Assembly: GCF_001457595.1 (NCBI RefSeq)
Contig: NZ_LN831039.1
Coordinates: 6,420,001 to 6,452,000, forward strand
From: Mycolicibacterium smegmatis
Lineage (GTDB): Bacteria; Actinomycetota; Actinomycetes; Mycobacteriales; Mycobacteriaceae
Direction: 5' to 3'
Length of the DNA: 32,000 nucleotides
Position numbers and translations under genes: made by a program
The notes under the pieces: generated by a model
The model's input: the letters and a program-made list of their open reading frames with translations, nothing else
Told to the model about the DNA's origin: nothing
The model's database searches: none
Shown here: one piece after another, positions 1 to 8,062 of the stretch
Layout of the letters: each line of letters starts with the position of its first letter
How positions within the stretch are numbered: the first letter of the stretch is position 1

Positions 1-2
1 AG

Positions 3-596
3 GAGATCGCATCGGAGACAGGGCGAACGGCGTTCCCGTACTCGGTGCACGTGGGCCACTGGGACGAACTCGACGGGCTCGTCGACGCCGCGTACGAACG
101 GTTCGGCAAGGTCGACGTGCTGGTGAACAACGCGGGCATGTCGCCGCTGTACGAGTCGTTGAGCGCGGTCACCGAGAAGCTCTACGACGCGGTGTTCAAC
201 CTCAACCTGAAAGGACCGTTCCGGCTCTCGGCGCTGATCGGTGAGCGCATGGTCGCCGACGGTGGCGGCCGGATCATCAACGTCAGTTCGTCGGGGTCGT
301 TGCGGCCCGACCAGTACATGCTGCCGTATGCCGCGGCCAAAGCCGGGCTCAACGTGCTCACCGAGGGGCTCGCCAAGGCGTACGGCCCCACGGTGCGGGT
401 CAACACGTTGATGGCCGGGCCGTTCCTCACCGACGTGAGCAGGGCGTGGAACATGTCCGGCGACCCGTTCTCGCACCTGGCGCTGCGGCGCGCCGGTGAT
501 CCGCGCGAGATCGTCGGTGCGGCGCTGTTCCTGATGTCGGACGCCTCGAGTTTCACCACAGGCTCGATCGTGCGTGCCGACGGCGGCCTGCCCTAG
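3..596 (+). CDS. SDR family oxidoreductase, 5'-truncated by the window edge
   Basis: The open frame continues upstream of the listed GTG at 45. It contains VDVLVNNAG, YAAAKAG and a C-terminal SIVRADGG motif, all typical of short-chain dehydrogenases. Confidence 0.9.
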   Translation, partial: EIASETGRTAFPYSVHVGHWDELDGLVDAAYERFGKVDVLVNNAGMSPLYESLSAVTEKLYDAVFNLNLKGPFRLSALIGERMVADGGGRIINVSSSGSLRPDQYMLPYAAAKAGLNVLTEGLAKAYGPTVRVNTLMAGPFLTDVSRAWNMSGDPFSHLALRRAGDPREIVGAALFLMSDASSFTTGSIVRADGGLP

Positions 597-2473
597 GGCG
601 TGACGATGCTGAAGTTCGGGTCGGGCCGGTCGAGCACGCGCAGGAACGACTGCAGCACGTCAGGGGCACCGGTGACCTGAAGTCCGGGCATCGCGGTGTC
701 GCCGATGAAGAAGGTCAGCAGCCGCATCCTGTCGGCGACGGTCACGCTGGCGTGCGCACTCGACGGATCCGGCTCGGTTCTGCGGTGCACCAGTACCCCG
801 TTGCGCAGCGTCAGCCGGTAGGTATCGCCGGTGTCGGCGAACGTGACGTCGATGGCGAGGTCGAGATCCCATGCGCGCGGCCCGTTCACGTTGATGGCGA
901 CCGCGTCGAAGATCTGCTCGGGTGTCAGCTGGGCGAGCAGTGTGGGCGAGGACGGCGCGGTCGGGGTGCCGAACTTGCCGTCACGCAACTCGGTGGCGCC
1001 GCCGAGGAAGAAGTTGCGCCAGACCGCGTTCTCGGCGCCGTAGGCGAGCTGTTCGAGCACCTCGGCGTACAGCGCGCGTGCGCCGCGATGGTGCTCATCG
1101 GTGAACACCGCATGGTCCAACAGCGTTGCCGCCCAGCGGTAGTCACCACTGTCGAAGGCGCGCCGCGCCAGCTCTACGACACGGTCGATGCCGCCCATCG
1201 CGTCGACGTAGCGCGGGCCGAGCGCCTCGGGCGGATGCTGCCACAACCGGCCGGGGTTGCCGTCGAACCAGCCCATGTAGCGCTGGTAGACCGCTTTGAC
1301 GTTGTGGCTGACCGATCCGTAGTAGCCGTGCGTGTGCCACGCGGCCTGTAACGCGGGCGGGAGCTCGAACTGCTCGGCGATCTCGATCCCGGTGTGCCCC
1401 TGGTTGATCAGACGCAACGTCTGGTCGTGCAGGTAGGCGTACAGATCTCGTTGCAGCGAAAGGTATTCGACGATGTTGTCGCGTCCCCACGTGGGCCAGT
1501 GGTGGGATGCGAACACCACGTCGGTGCGGTCGGCGAAACTGTCGATGGCCTCGGTGAGATATCCCGCCCAGCCGTGCGGGTCGCGCACCAGCGCGCCACG
1601 CAGGGTCAGGAGATTGTGCAGATTGTGGGTCGCGTTCTCCGCCATGCACAACGCCCGGAATTTCGGGAAATAGAAGTGCATCTCCGCAGGCGCCTCGGTG
1701 CCGGGCGCCATCTGGAACTCGATGTCGACACCGTCGATCGAGTGGATCTCCCCGGTTTCGCGGATGTCGAGGGTCGGCACGATCAGCGCCACCTCCCCCG
1801 TCGACGGCACCTGCCCCAGACCGCAACCCACCTGCCCCAGGGGCCCGCGGGCCAGCGCGGCGCCGTACATGTAGGCCGCGCGCCGCGCCATCGCCGTTCC
1901 CGCATACACGTTCTCCTGCACCGCGTGCGTGGTGAAGTGCTCGGGGGCGATCACCACGACCCTGCCCGCGTCCACGTCGGCCTGGGTTGTCACACCGAGC
2001 ACACCGCCGAAATGGTCGACGTGGCTGTGGGTGTAGATCACCGCGGTGACGCGGCGGTCACCGCGGTGCGCGCGGTACAACGCCAGCGCGGCGGCCGCGG
2101 TCTCGGTCGAGATCAGTGGGTCGATGACGATGACGCCGCTGTCGCCCTCGACGAACGTGATGTTGGACAGGTCGAGTCCGCGCACCTGGTAGATGCCATC
2201 GACGACCTCGTAGAGCCCCTGTTTGGCGCAAAGCCGGCTCTGCCGCCACAGGCTGGGGTGCACACTGGCCGGGGCCTGCTCGCTGTCGAGGAACCGGTAT
2301 GAATCGTTGTCCCACACCAACCGCCCGTCGTCGGCGGTGATCACGCACGGTTCGAGCGCGGCGATGAAGCCACGGTCGGCGTCGTCGAAATCTCGGCGGT
2401 CGCCGAACGGGAGGGTGGTGAGGTGTTCGCGGTGCGCGGCTTCGACGACGGCACTCGGTGGGTTCGACTCCAT
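593..2473 (-). CDS. Linear alkylsulfatase: metallo-beta-lactamase fold, dimerisation and SCP2-like C-terminal domains
   Basis: 626-aa ORF with a THSHVDHFGG metal-binding motif, ENATHNLHN, and a C-terminal SCP2-like region. The architecture matches SdsA/BDS1-type alkylsulfatases. Confidence 0.9.
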   Translation of the reverse strand: MESNPPSAVVEAAHREHLTTLPFGDRRDFDDADRGFIAALEPCVITADDGRLVWDNDSYRFLDSEQAPASVHPSLWRQSRLCAKQGLYEVVDGIYQVRGLDLSNITFVEGDSGVIVIDPLISTETAAAALALYRAHRGDRRVTAVIYTHSHVDHFGGVLGVTTQADVDAGRVVVIAPEHFTTHAVQENVYAGTAMARRAAYMYGAALARGPLGQVGCGLGQVPSTGEVALIVPTLDIRETGEIHSIDGVDIEFQMAPGTEAPAEMHFYFPKFRALCMAENATHNLHNLLTLRGALVRDPHGWAGYLTEAIDSFADRTDVVFASHHWPTWGRDNIVEYLSLQRDLYAYLHDQTLRLINQGHTGIEIAEQFELPPALQAAWHTHGYYGSVSHNVKAVYQRYMGWFDGNPGRLWQHPPEALGPRYVDAMGGIDRVVELARRAFDSGDYRWAATLLDHAVFTDEHHRGARALYAEVLEQLAYGAENAVWRNFFLGGATELRDGKFGTPTAPSSPTLLAQLTPEQIFDAVAINVNGPRAWDLDLAIDVTFADTGDTYRLTLRNGVLVHRRTEPDPSSAHASVTVADRMRLLTFFIGDTAMPGLQVTGAPDVLQSFLRVLDRPDPNFSIVTP

Positions 2474-2486
2474 TGCGGCAGGATAT

Positions 2487-3365
2487 TCACCCCCGCGTCA
2501 AAGTGGTCATTTCTGACGCGATTCGGCTGATTTCGTCGTCGCCGTGCCCGGCCGCCACGGTCGCGTCGACATAGCCCCGGAAGGCTTCGAGCAGTCCGGC
2601 GTCGACCCCCGCCTCACGCGAGGCCGCGATCAGGTGCCGTACCGACGACGCGACCGATGACACCGATGCGCTGGCGTCCGAGTGCCGGTCGTCCTCGACG
2701 CGCTGGGCGACCTCGGTGAAGATCGGTGAGAGGATGCCGACGATGCCGTGCGCGTGCGGCATCAGCTCCGACGGTTCTATCCCGTTGGCGCGGGCCACCA
2801 TCAGCGCGTGGCCGAAGCCGCCGACCGAGGTCCAGAACAGGTCCAGCAGCGCCATGTCGAACGCCGCGGCGCGGCCGTGGTCTTCCCCCACCCACGTGAG
2901 TTGACCCAGCGTGTCGAGCACACCGCGGTGCTCGTCGAACAGTGCCTGCGGACCCGCGAACAGGATGCTGGCGCCGCGAGTTCCGATGGTGTCGATGGGG
3001 GTCATGATCGCGCCGTCGAGGTAACGGCCCCCGACATTGCCGACCAGCTTGGCGGTGCGCCGGGCCCGGTCGGGGGTGTCGGAACTGAGCCCGATGACGG
3101 TCCGGCCGGCCGGCGCGTCGCCTGCCGCGGTGAGGATCGCGTCCACCGCATCGTGGTCGACGACGTTGACCAGTGCGAGGTCGCTCGCGGCGATCGCGGC
3201 CGCGGGCGTCGGCGCCGACAGCGCGCCCCGGTCCCGCAGGGCCTGCGCCTTGCTCTCGGTGCGGTTCCACACCGTCACGGTGTGTCCCGCGTCGAGCAGC
3301 GCGCGCGAAAGCGCCTGCCCCATCGGGCCGAGGCCCAAAACCGTCACGGTCGGTGTGGTTGTCAT
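2487..3365 (-). CDS. NAD(P)-dependent oxidoreductase, 6PGDH/beta-hydroxyacid dehydrogenase superfamily, imine-reductase-like
   Basis: N-terminal GLGPMGQAL Rossmann motif and NRTESKA NADP-binding segment. C-terminal AGHGDDEISRI is typical of the imine-reductase-like subgroup. Confidence 0.85.
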   Translation of the reverse strand: MTTTPTVTVLGLGPMGQALSRALLDAGHTVTVWNRTESKAQALRDRGALSAPTPAAAIAASDLALVNVVDHDAVDAILTAAGDAPAGRTVIGLSSDTPDRARRTAKLVGNVGGRYLDGAIMTPIDTIGTRGASILFAGPQALFDEHRGVLDTLGQLTWVGEDHGRAAAFDMALLDLFWTSVGGFGHALMVARANGIEPSELMPHAHGIVGILSPIFTEVAQRVEDDRHSDASASVSSVASSVRHLIAASREAGVDAGLLEAFRGYVDATVAAGHGDDEISRIASEMTTLTRG

Positions 3366-4234
3366 GCTGCGCTCCTGATGCTCTCGATGATCCTGGGGAA
3401 ACCGTCGCTGCCGTGACCGGCGTCGATCTGGCGATGGATGAACCGCTGGACGACGTCTACGAGTTCGGTGCTGATGCCCTGGGCGCGCGACGCTTCGACG
3501 ATGTCGCTGATGTCGGAGAATTCCAGGCTCTGCTGGCCGGGCACCGAGTAGTCGCCGCCGTCGATGATCTCGGCGTACCCGGTGACCGCCGGTGCCATGG
3601 CAGTGAGCCAGTCGGCGGCGCGGAAGGCGAAGTCCTTGGCCGACACGCCCTGCGCGGCGACCATCGCGGCGCCGTGGAAGAACCCGGCGAACATGGCGTA
3701 CATGCCCGCGAGCAGTGCCAGGTCGTACAGCGACGCGATGCCGGCGTCGTCACCGAGATACTCTGGTGTGCCCCAGGTTTCGAGCAGCGGATGAACATCC
3801 TCGAACAATCCCGGTGAACCGCTGTAGAGGATGCGCGATCCGGGGGTGCCGATCATGTCGGGCGTCGCGAGGATCCCGCCGTCGAGGTGTTCGGCGCCGT
3901 GTCCGGTGGCCCAGCGTCCCAGTTCACGCACGCCCTCGGGTGACGTCGTGGTCAGGTTGACCACGCGTCGCCCGGCAAGCCGGTGGGCCACGGGGTCCAG
4001 GACGTCGTGCACCGAGGCCTGGTCGAACAGGCAGACCACGATCGGGCCGTCTGCATCGTCCAGGGCGTCGGCCACGTCGGCGACGGCGCGCGCACCCGCC
4101 TCGACGAGCGGCGCGGTCTTCGACGGAGTGCGGTTCCACACCGTCACGCGGTGACCCGCGGCCAGCGCGGAATGCGCGAGCGCCGAACCCATTTCGCCGA
4201 CGCCGAGGAACGTTACGTGCTGTGTCGATGGCAT
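3362..4234 (-). CDS. NAD(P)-dependent oxidoreductase, imine-reductase-like, paralog of the adjacent gene
   Basis: The ORF track extends to 4492, but the domain starts at MPSTQHVTFLGVGEMGSAL (ATG at 4234). It overlaps the next gene by 4 nt (ATGA) and has C-terminal AGHGSDGFPRI. Confidence 0.85.
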   Translation of the reverse strand: MPSTQHVTFLGVGEMGSALAHSALAAGHRVTVWNRTPSKTAPLVEAGARAVADVADALDDADGPIVVCLFDQASVHDVLDPVAHRLAGRRVVNLTTTSPEGVRELGRWATGHGAEHLDGGILATPDMIGTPGSRILYSGSPGLFEDVHPLLETWGTPEYLGDDAGIASLYDLALLAGMYAMFAGFFHGAAMVAAQGVSAKDFAFRAADWLTAMAPAVTGYAEIIDGGDYSVPGQQSLEFSDISDIVEASRAQGISTELVDVVQRFIHRQIDAGHGSDGFPRIIESIRSAA

Positions 4235-4267
4235 GTGACCATCGTTGGACGACACGCACCGTGCGAC

Positions 4268-4294
4268 AAGTACCCACTTAAAAGTGCGATACTT
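4268..4294. promoter_or_regulatory. Candidate HxlR-type operator in the divergent intergenic region
   Basis: AAGTAcccacttaaaagtgcgaTACTT has outer AAGTA/TACTT arms and inner CACTT-AA-AAGTG arms at 4275-4286. It lies between the HxlR gene and the oxidoreductase operon. Confidence 0.45.
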
Positions 4295-4322
4295 ACCAAA
4301 ACGAAACCATTGGGGGTGACCA

Positions 4323-4661
4323 GTGACTTCATTGGGCAGGTACACCTGCGGACTCGACGCCGCGATGGCTGTCGTGGACGGCAAATGGAAACCGTTGATC
4401 CTGTGGGAGTTACAGGACGGGCCCAAGCGGTTCAACGCACTGCACCGCAGCCTCGACGGGATCTCGCAGAAGATGCTCACGCAGCACCTCAAAGAACTGC
4501 AGCGCCATGGCGTGGTGCACCGCGAGAGCTACCACGAGGTGCCGCCGCGTGTGGAGTACTCGATGACGCCGGCGGGTGTCGAACTGCTCGACGCGCTCAA
4601 CCCACTGGGCCTCTGGGCAGAAAAACACATCGACCTGATCTGCGCGGCCGACACGGCCTAG
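4323..4661 (+). CDS. HxlR family winged-helix transcriptional regulator
   Basis: 112 aa with GKWKPLILWEL, RFNALHRSLDGISQKMLTQHLKELQRHGVVHR and PPRVEYSMTPAG, which form the HxlR signature. Confidence 0.92.
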   Translation: MTSLGRYTCGLDAAMAVVDGKWKPLILWELQDGPKRFNALHRSLDGISQKMLTQHLKELQRHGVVHRESYHEVPPRVEYSMTPAGVELLDALNPLGLWAEKHIDLICAADTA

Positions 4662-5155
4662 CGCTCGATCGCGTGCAGCACGACGTCGGTCAGTGCCCCG
4701 TTGTCGGCCGTCGCGGTCATATAGGTGCAGTAGGGCTGACGTCGACGATCGGTCGGCGATCCCGGATTCAGCAGGCGCAGACCGGTTTTCGCGGTGGTGT
4801 CCCAGGGGATGTGGCTGTGGCCGAACACCAGCACGTCGGTGTCCGGATATAGCTTGGCCATCCTGGCCTCGCGGCCGGTCGCCGCGCCGGTCTCGTGCAC
4901 GACAGTGAAGCGCAGGCCGCCCAGCATGACGTCGGCACGCTCGGGCAGGCGCCTGCGCAATTCGGGGCCGTCGTTGTTGCCCCAGCAGCCGACGAGTTGC
5001 TGCGCGCGTGCGCTCAGCAACTCGAGCAGAGCGGGTTCGACCCAGTCTCCCGCGTGGATGACCACGTCGGCGCGATCCACCTGGTCCCACACCGGTTTCG
5101 GCAGGTCCCGCGCTCGCTTGGGTACATGGGTATCGGCGATGAGCAGCAACCGCAC
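4658..5155 (-). CDS. Metallophosphoesterase, YfcE/MJ0936-like phosphodiesterase
   Basis: Has the ordered metal ligands IADTH, HAGDW, GNNDGP, VHE and GHSHIP. Confidence 0.9.
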   Translation of the reverse strand: MRLLLIADTHVPKRARDLPKPVWDQVDRADVVIHAGDWVEPALLELLSARAQQLVGCWGNNDGPELRRRLPERADVMLGGLRFTVVHETGAATGREARMAKLYPDTDVLVFGHSHIPWDTTAKTGLRLLNPGSPTDRRRQPYCTYMTATADNGALTDVVLHAIER

Positions 5156-5316
5156 GAAACCAACAGTAGTGGAGACCGACAGGACCGCCCGGCGGCCCGC
5201 CGGACGGCACCTGGATAAACGCCGTACACAGGCCTACTCTGGACACAAGTTGGCGCGTCCCGCTCCCCCCTAGCTGAGCGTGGCGCGCTGACGTTTGCAG
5301 AGCATAGACTCCGCGC

Positions 5317-5667
5317 ATGGAACTACTACGGCACGTAGTTGTCTATCTGCATCTGATCGGATTCGCCGTGATGGTCGGCGCCTGGGTGGCCGAGGCCGCG
5401 GCGCGGCGCTTCGAGATCACCCGCGTGATGGATTACGGAATCCTGCTGTCACTGCTGACCGGACTGGCCCTGGCCGCACCCTGGCCCGCGGGCATCGAAC
5501 TCAACTACCCGAAGATCGGCATCAAGCTCGTCATCCTCGTGGCCCTCGGCGCGGTTCTCGGTATCGGCCGTGCCCGCCAGCGCCGGACCGGGCAACCTGT
5601 GATGCCGTTGTTCGTCGCGGCCGGTGTGCTCCCGTTGCTCGCAGCGGGTATCGCGGTGCTCTGGTGA
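5317..5667 (+). CDS. Small integral membrane protein with about 4 predicted transmembrane segments
   Basis: 116-aa ORF starting MELLRHVVVYLHLIGFAVMVGAW with alternating hydrophobic stretches. The product is otherwise unassigned. Confidence 0.7.
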   Translation: MELLRHVVVYLHLIGFAVMVGAWVAEAAARRFEITRVMDYGILLSLLTGLALAAPWPAGIELNYPKIGIKLVILVALGAVLGIGRARQRRTGQPVMPLFVAAGVLPLLAAGIAVLW

Positions 5668-5975
5668 AAGCTCTGATGAAACCGTCCTGACCACGAATCT
5701 TTTGACCGTCGCGTAAAGTCGACCGGCAAAGAGAATTCGTCGGGGGCAGGTACGGGTCAATGGGTCACAAGCACGCCATGGCGACAGCCAAGGTCATGCG
5801 CACGGCGGCATTCACCGGGTGCGATTCACCGCATGGCGACGTCCGCGTAGTCCGCGCGCGGGCCCAGTCGGCGAACCTGCCTCGTCAGGCCCACCACGCA
5901 CCGTCCGACGATGCACGCAGGCGCCGCTACACCGGCCTGCGGCGCACCACCGCGCTACCGGGACGCTCGCCGTGG

Positions 5976-6188
5976 ATGAACGATCGCGTGACGGTGCTGC
6001 TGCGGTACCTCACCGACGATCACGGCCTGCACGTCCCCGTCGAACTGGCGCGCGTCCAGGTGACCGGACACGTCGACCTGCTCGTGAGTGTGCTGCGCCT
6101 GGACCGCCAGACCGCGCGCAGGCATGTCACCGACGAGGTGCTGCGCGAACTCGCGTGTGACATCGCGGCCACCCTCATCGCCGACTGA
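5976..6188 (+). CDS. Hypothetical small protein of about 70 aa
   Basis: The ORF is listed from 5760, but the upstream portion is Arg/Ala-rich and non-protein-like. The coherent segment begins MNDRVTVLLRYLTDDHGLHVPVELARVQVTGHVD. Confidence 0.45.
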   Translation: MNDRVTVLLRYLTDDHGLHVPVELARVQVTGHVDLLVSVLRLDRQTARRHVTDEVLRELACDIAATLIAD

Positions 6189-6192
6189 ACCC

Positions 6193-6861
6193 TCAGAACT
6201 CGATCAGCCCCAACGTGTAGAGCACGGCCACCGAGGTCGGATCGACGAGATCCTGCCCGAGCACCGGACTCTCGGCGGTGTCGATCGCCCGCTGAGCCAG
6301 GGCCGCGCGGGTGGCGTACCAGCAGACCGGGCACAGCCGGCCCAGCACGGCCGCCTCGGTGCCGTCGGGGTACACGAGGGTGTCGCCGTCGGCCGCGACG
6401 GTCACCGAATCGACGATCAGCGCATCCAGTTTGGCGCACACGAGTTGACGCATCGCCGCTGCGGCTCGCGACAGGTCGCGCACGTCGGGCGTACCGAGCC
6501 GTCCGCGCTCGTCGCGGGCGACGTGCAGCAGGTAGTCCTGCCCGTCGCTCAGCTCGATGCTCTGGCCCAGCGGCAGGGCGATGTTGATCATCGCCAGCAT
6601 CGACGCCTCGCGGCGCGCCGCGTGGAACCGGGCGATGTCACGCGCGAGCCGTTCGTCGTCGAGACGCCGGGCCTCGTTGTCGAGGAGATGCCGATCCTCG
6701 TCCACGTGAACGTGTACGTCGCCGTCGTCCGTGGACGGAGCGAGGTACGGCTGCAACGACTCACTGTTCGCGTACTCGACGAGCACCTCGTCGAACGGAA
6801 TGGCCTGCCGCGCGGGGAGGAACAGCCCCGCCGCGAAGGCATCCGGTATCTCACTCTGCAC
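6193..6861 (-). CDS. Hypothetical protein
   Basis: 222-aa ORF with balanced composition. It includes LCPVCWYATRAALAQRA. No family recognised. Confidence 0.65.
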   Translation of the reverse strand: MQSEIPDAFAAGLFLPARQAIPFDEVLVEYANSESLQPYLAPSTDDGDVHVHVDEDRHLLDNEARRLDDERLARDIARFHAARREASMLAMINIALPLGQSIELSDGQDYLLHVARDERGRLGTPDVRDLSRAAAAMRQLVCAKLDALIVDSVTVAADGDTLVYPDGTEAAVLGRLCPVCWYATRAALAQRAIDTAESPVLGQDLVDPTSVAVLYTLGLIEF

Positions 6862-7122
6862 TACCCCACCCCCAAAGCAGCTACTTTCACTTCATACCCA
6901 TTGAAGTGGATTGAAGTTTGCTGCGTGACAGCATACCGGGAGATTTCGTACGGTCGAGCAAACCAAATACTTGATTCCACAAGGGATTATTGACGCGTTT
7001 CGCAAATCCGTTGACTTGACATCCGTCAACTCGACCCGAGATGCACTTGCTTGCCAGTTGGCGCTAACATCCCTGCTCGTCAATCCTCAGCAAATAAATG
7101 AGGCAGCACAGGGGGTATCAAC

Positions 7123-7701
7123 ATGACCGAAACGGCACCGACGCAGCGCTGGTGGCGCAGGAAGAGCGCCCGCATCTCCTTCGTGGTGATCGGCACCGCG
7201 CTGATCATCCTGGCGAAGGTCGGCCTCGCCGAGAAACGCGAGGAACAACGCGCCGTTGCCGACGCCCGGCACGAGATCAGCAGCTTCTCGGTGGGTGACT
7301 GCGTCACCATCAGCCCCGGCGCCGGCAAGACCGGTCCGAACATCCAGCGCAGTTCCTGCACCACCGATCCCAGCTACACCGTGGGCGCGGTCATCGAAAC
7401 CGATCAGGTGTGCGGCAACGACAACTACATCGGTTACACGTGGACCGTCGGCCACGCCGAGACCGACAAGAACACCGTCGGCCGGCTCTGCCTCGTGGAG
7501 AACCTCACCGTCGGCCACTGCTACCACCCGCAGCCGGGAAGCGACCTCCTCGAGCAGACCGACTGCGCCACCGACGACGCCACGGCCTACCGGGTGGTGC
7601 AGCGGTTCGACGCCGCCGACCCGTCACAGTGCCCGCCGGACACCAGCGCCTACGACTACCCGGCCCCGGCCCGCACCTACTGCCTGGGCGTCACCCACTG
7701 A
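7123..7701 (+). CDS. Membrane-anchored or secreted protein, LppU/SCO3897-like
   Basis: 192 aa. N-terminal ARISFVVIGTALIILAKVG anchor, then an extracellular domain with paired cysteines (VGDCVTI, CTTDPSYTVGAV, GRLCLVENL, YCLGV). Confidence 0.7.
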   Translation: MTETAPTQRWWRRKSARISFVVIGTALIILAKVGLAEKREEQRAVADARHEISSFSVGDCVTISPGAGKTGPNIQRSSCTTDPSYTVGAVIETDQVCGNDNYIGYTWTVGHAETDKNTVGRLCLVENLTVGHCYHPQPGSDLLEQTDCATDDATAYRVVQRFDAADPSQCPPDTSAYDYPAPARTYCLGVTH

Positions 7702-7734
7702 TCCAAGGCGCACCGGACGCGGTGCAAAGACGAA

Positions 7735-7766
7735 TCGGGGCGCGGTCTGTGATGACCGCGCCCCGA
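7735..7766. terminator. Strong hairpin, probable bidirectional terminator
   Basis: TCGGGGCGCGGTC-tgtgat-GACCGCGCCCCGA is a perfect 13-bp stem with a 6-nt loop. It lies between a + strand CDS end and the 3' end of a - strand tRNA. Confidence 0.65.
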
Positions 7767-7774
7767 CTCTCGTG

Positions 7775-7847
7775 TGCGCCCGAAGGGATTCGAACCCCTA
7801 ACCTTCTGATCCGTAGTCAGATGCTCTATCCGTTGAGCTACGGGCGC
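7775..7847 (-). tRNA. tRNA-Arg(ACG)
   Basis: The reverse complement folds as a cloverleaf. Acceptor GCGCCCG/CGGGCGC, anticodon arm TCTGA-CTACGGA-TCAGA, T-loop GTTCGAATC. Confidence 0.95.
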
Positions 7848-7885
7848 TTGGCTATTCAGTTATACACGGTTGACGAATCAACCCT

Positions 7886-7974
7886 GGCGGAGGCGAGAGG
7901 ATTTGAACCTCCGGTCCCCGGTAAGGGGGACAACTCATTAGCAGTGAGTCCCATTCGGCCGCTCTGGCACGCCT
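7886..7974 (-). tRNA. tRNA-Ser(GCT)
   Basis: The reverse complement GGAGGCG...CGCCTCC gives the acceptor stem. Anticodon arm ACTCA-CTGCTAA-TGAGT, long variable arm, T-arm GGTTCAAATCC. Confidence 0.95.
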
Positions 7975-8062
7975 CCTGAACTTCTGTGAGGGTACCGGAC
8001 TCCGTTTTGGTGCCCGTGACCGCCGAGGGAGAAGAGTACACACTCTCCCCTATCCTGACCAA

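Noticed and set aside
4410-5318. 302-aa minus-strand ORF
   Set aside because: Overlaps HxlR and phosphoesterase genes in a shadow frame and has low-complexity Arg/Ala-rich composition.
7735-7974. Possible prophage or island attachment site at the tRNA-Arg/tRNA-Ser pair
   Set aside because: No integrase nearby and no obvious duplicated tRNA 3' end in the window. The flanking genes look like core mycobacterial order.
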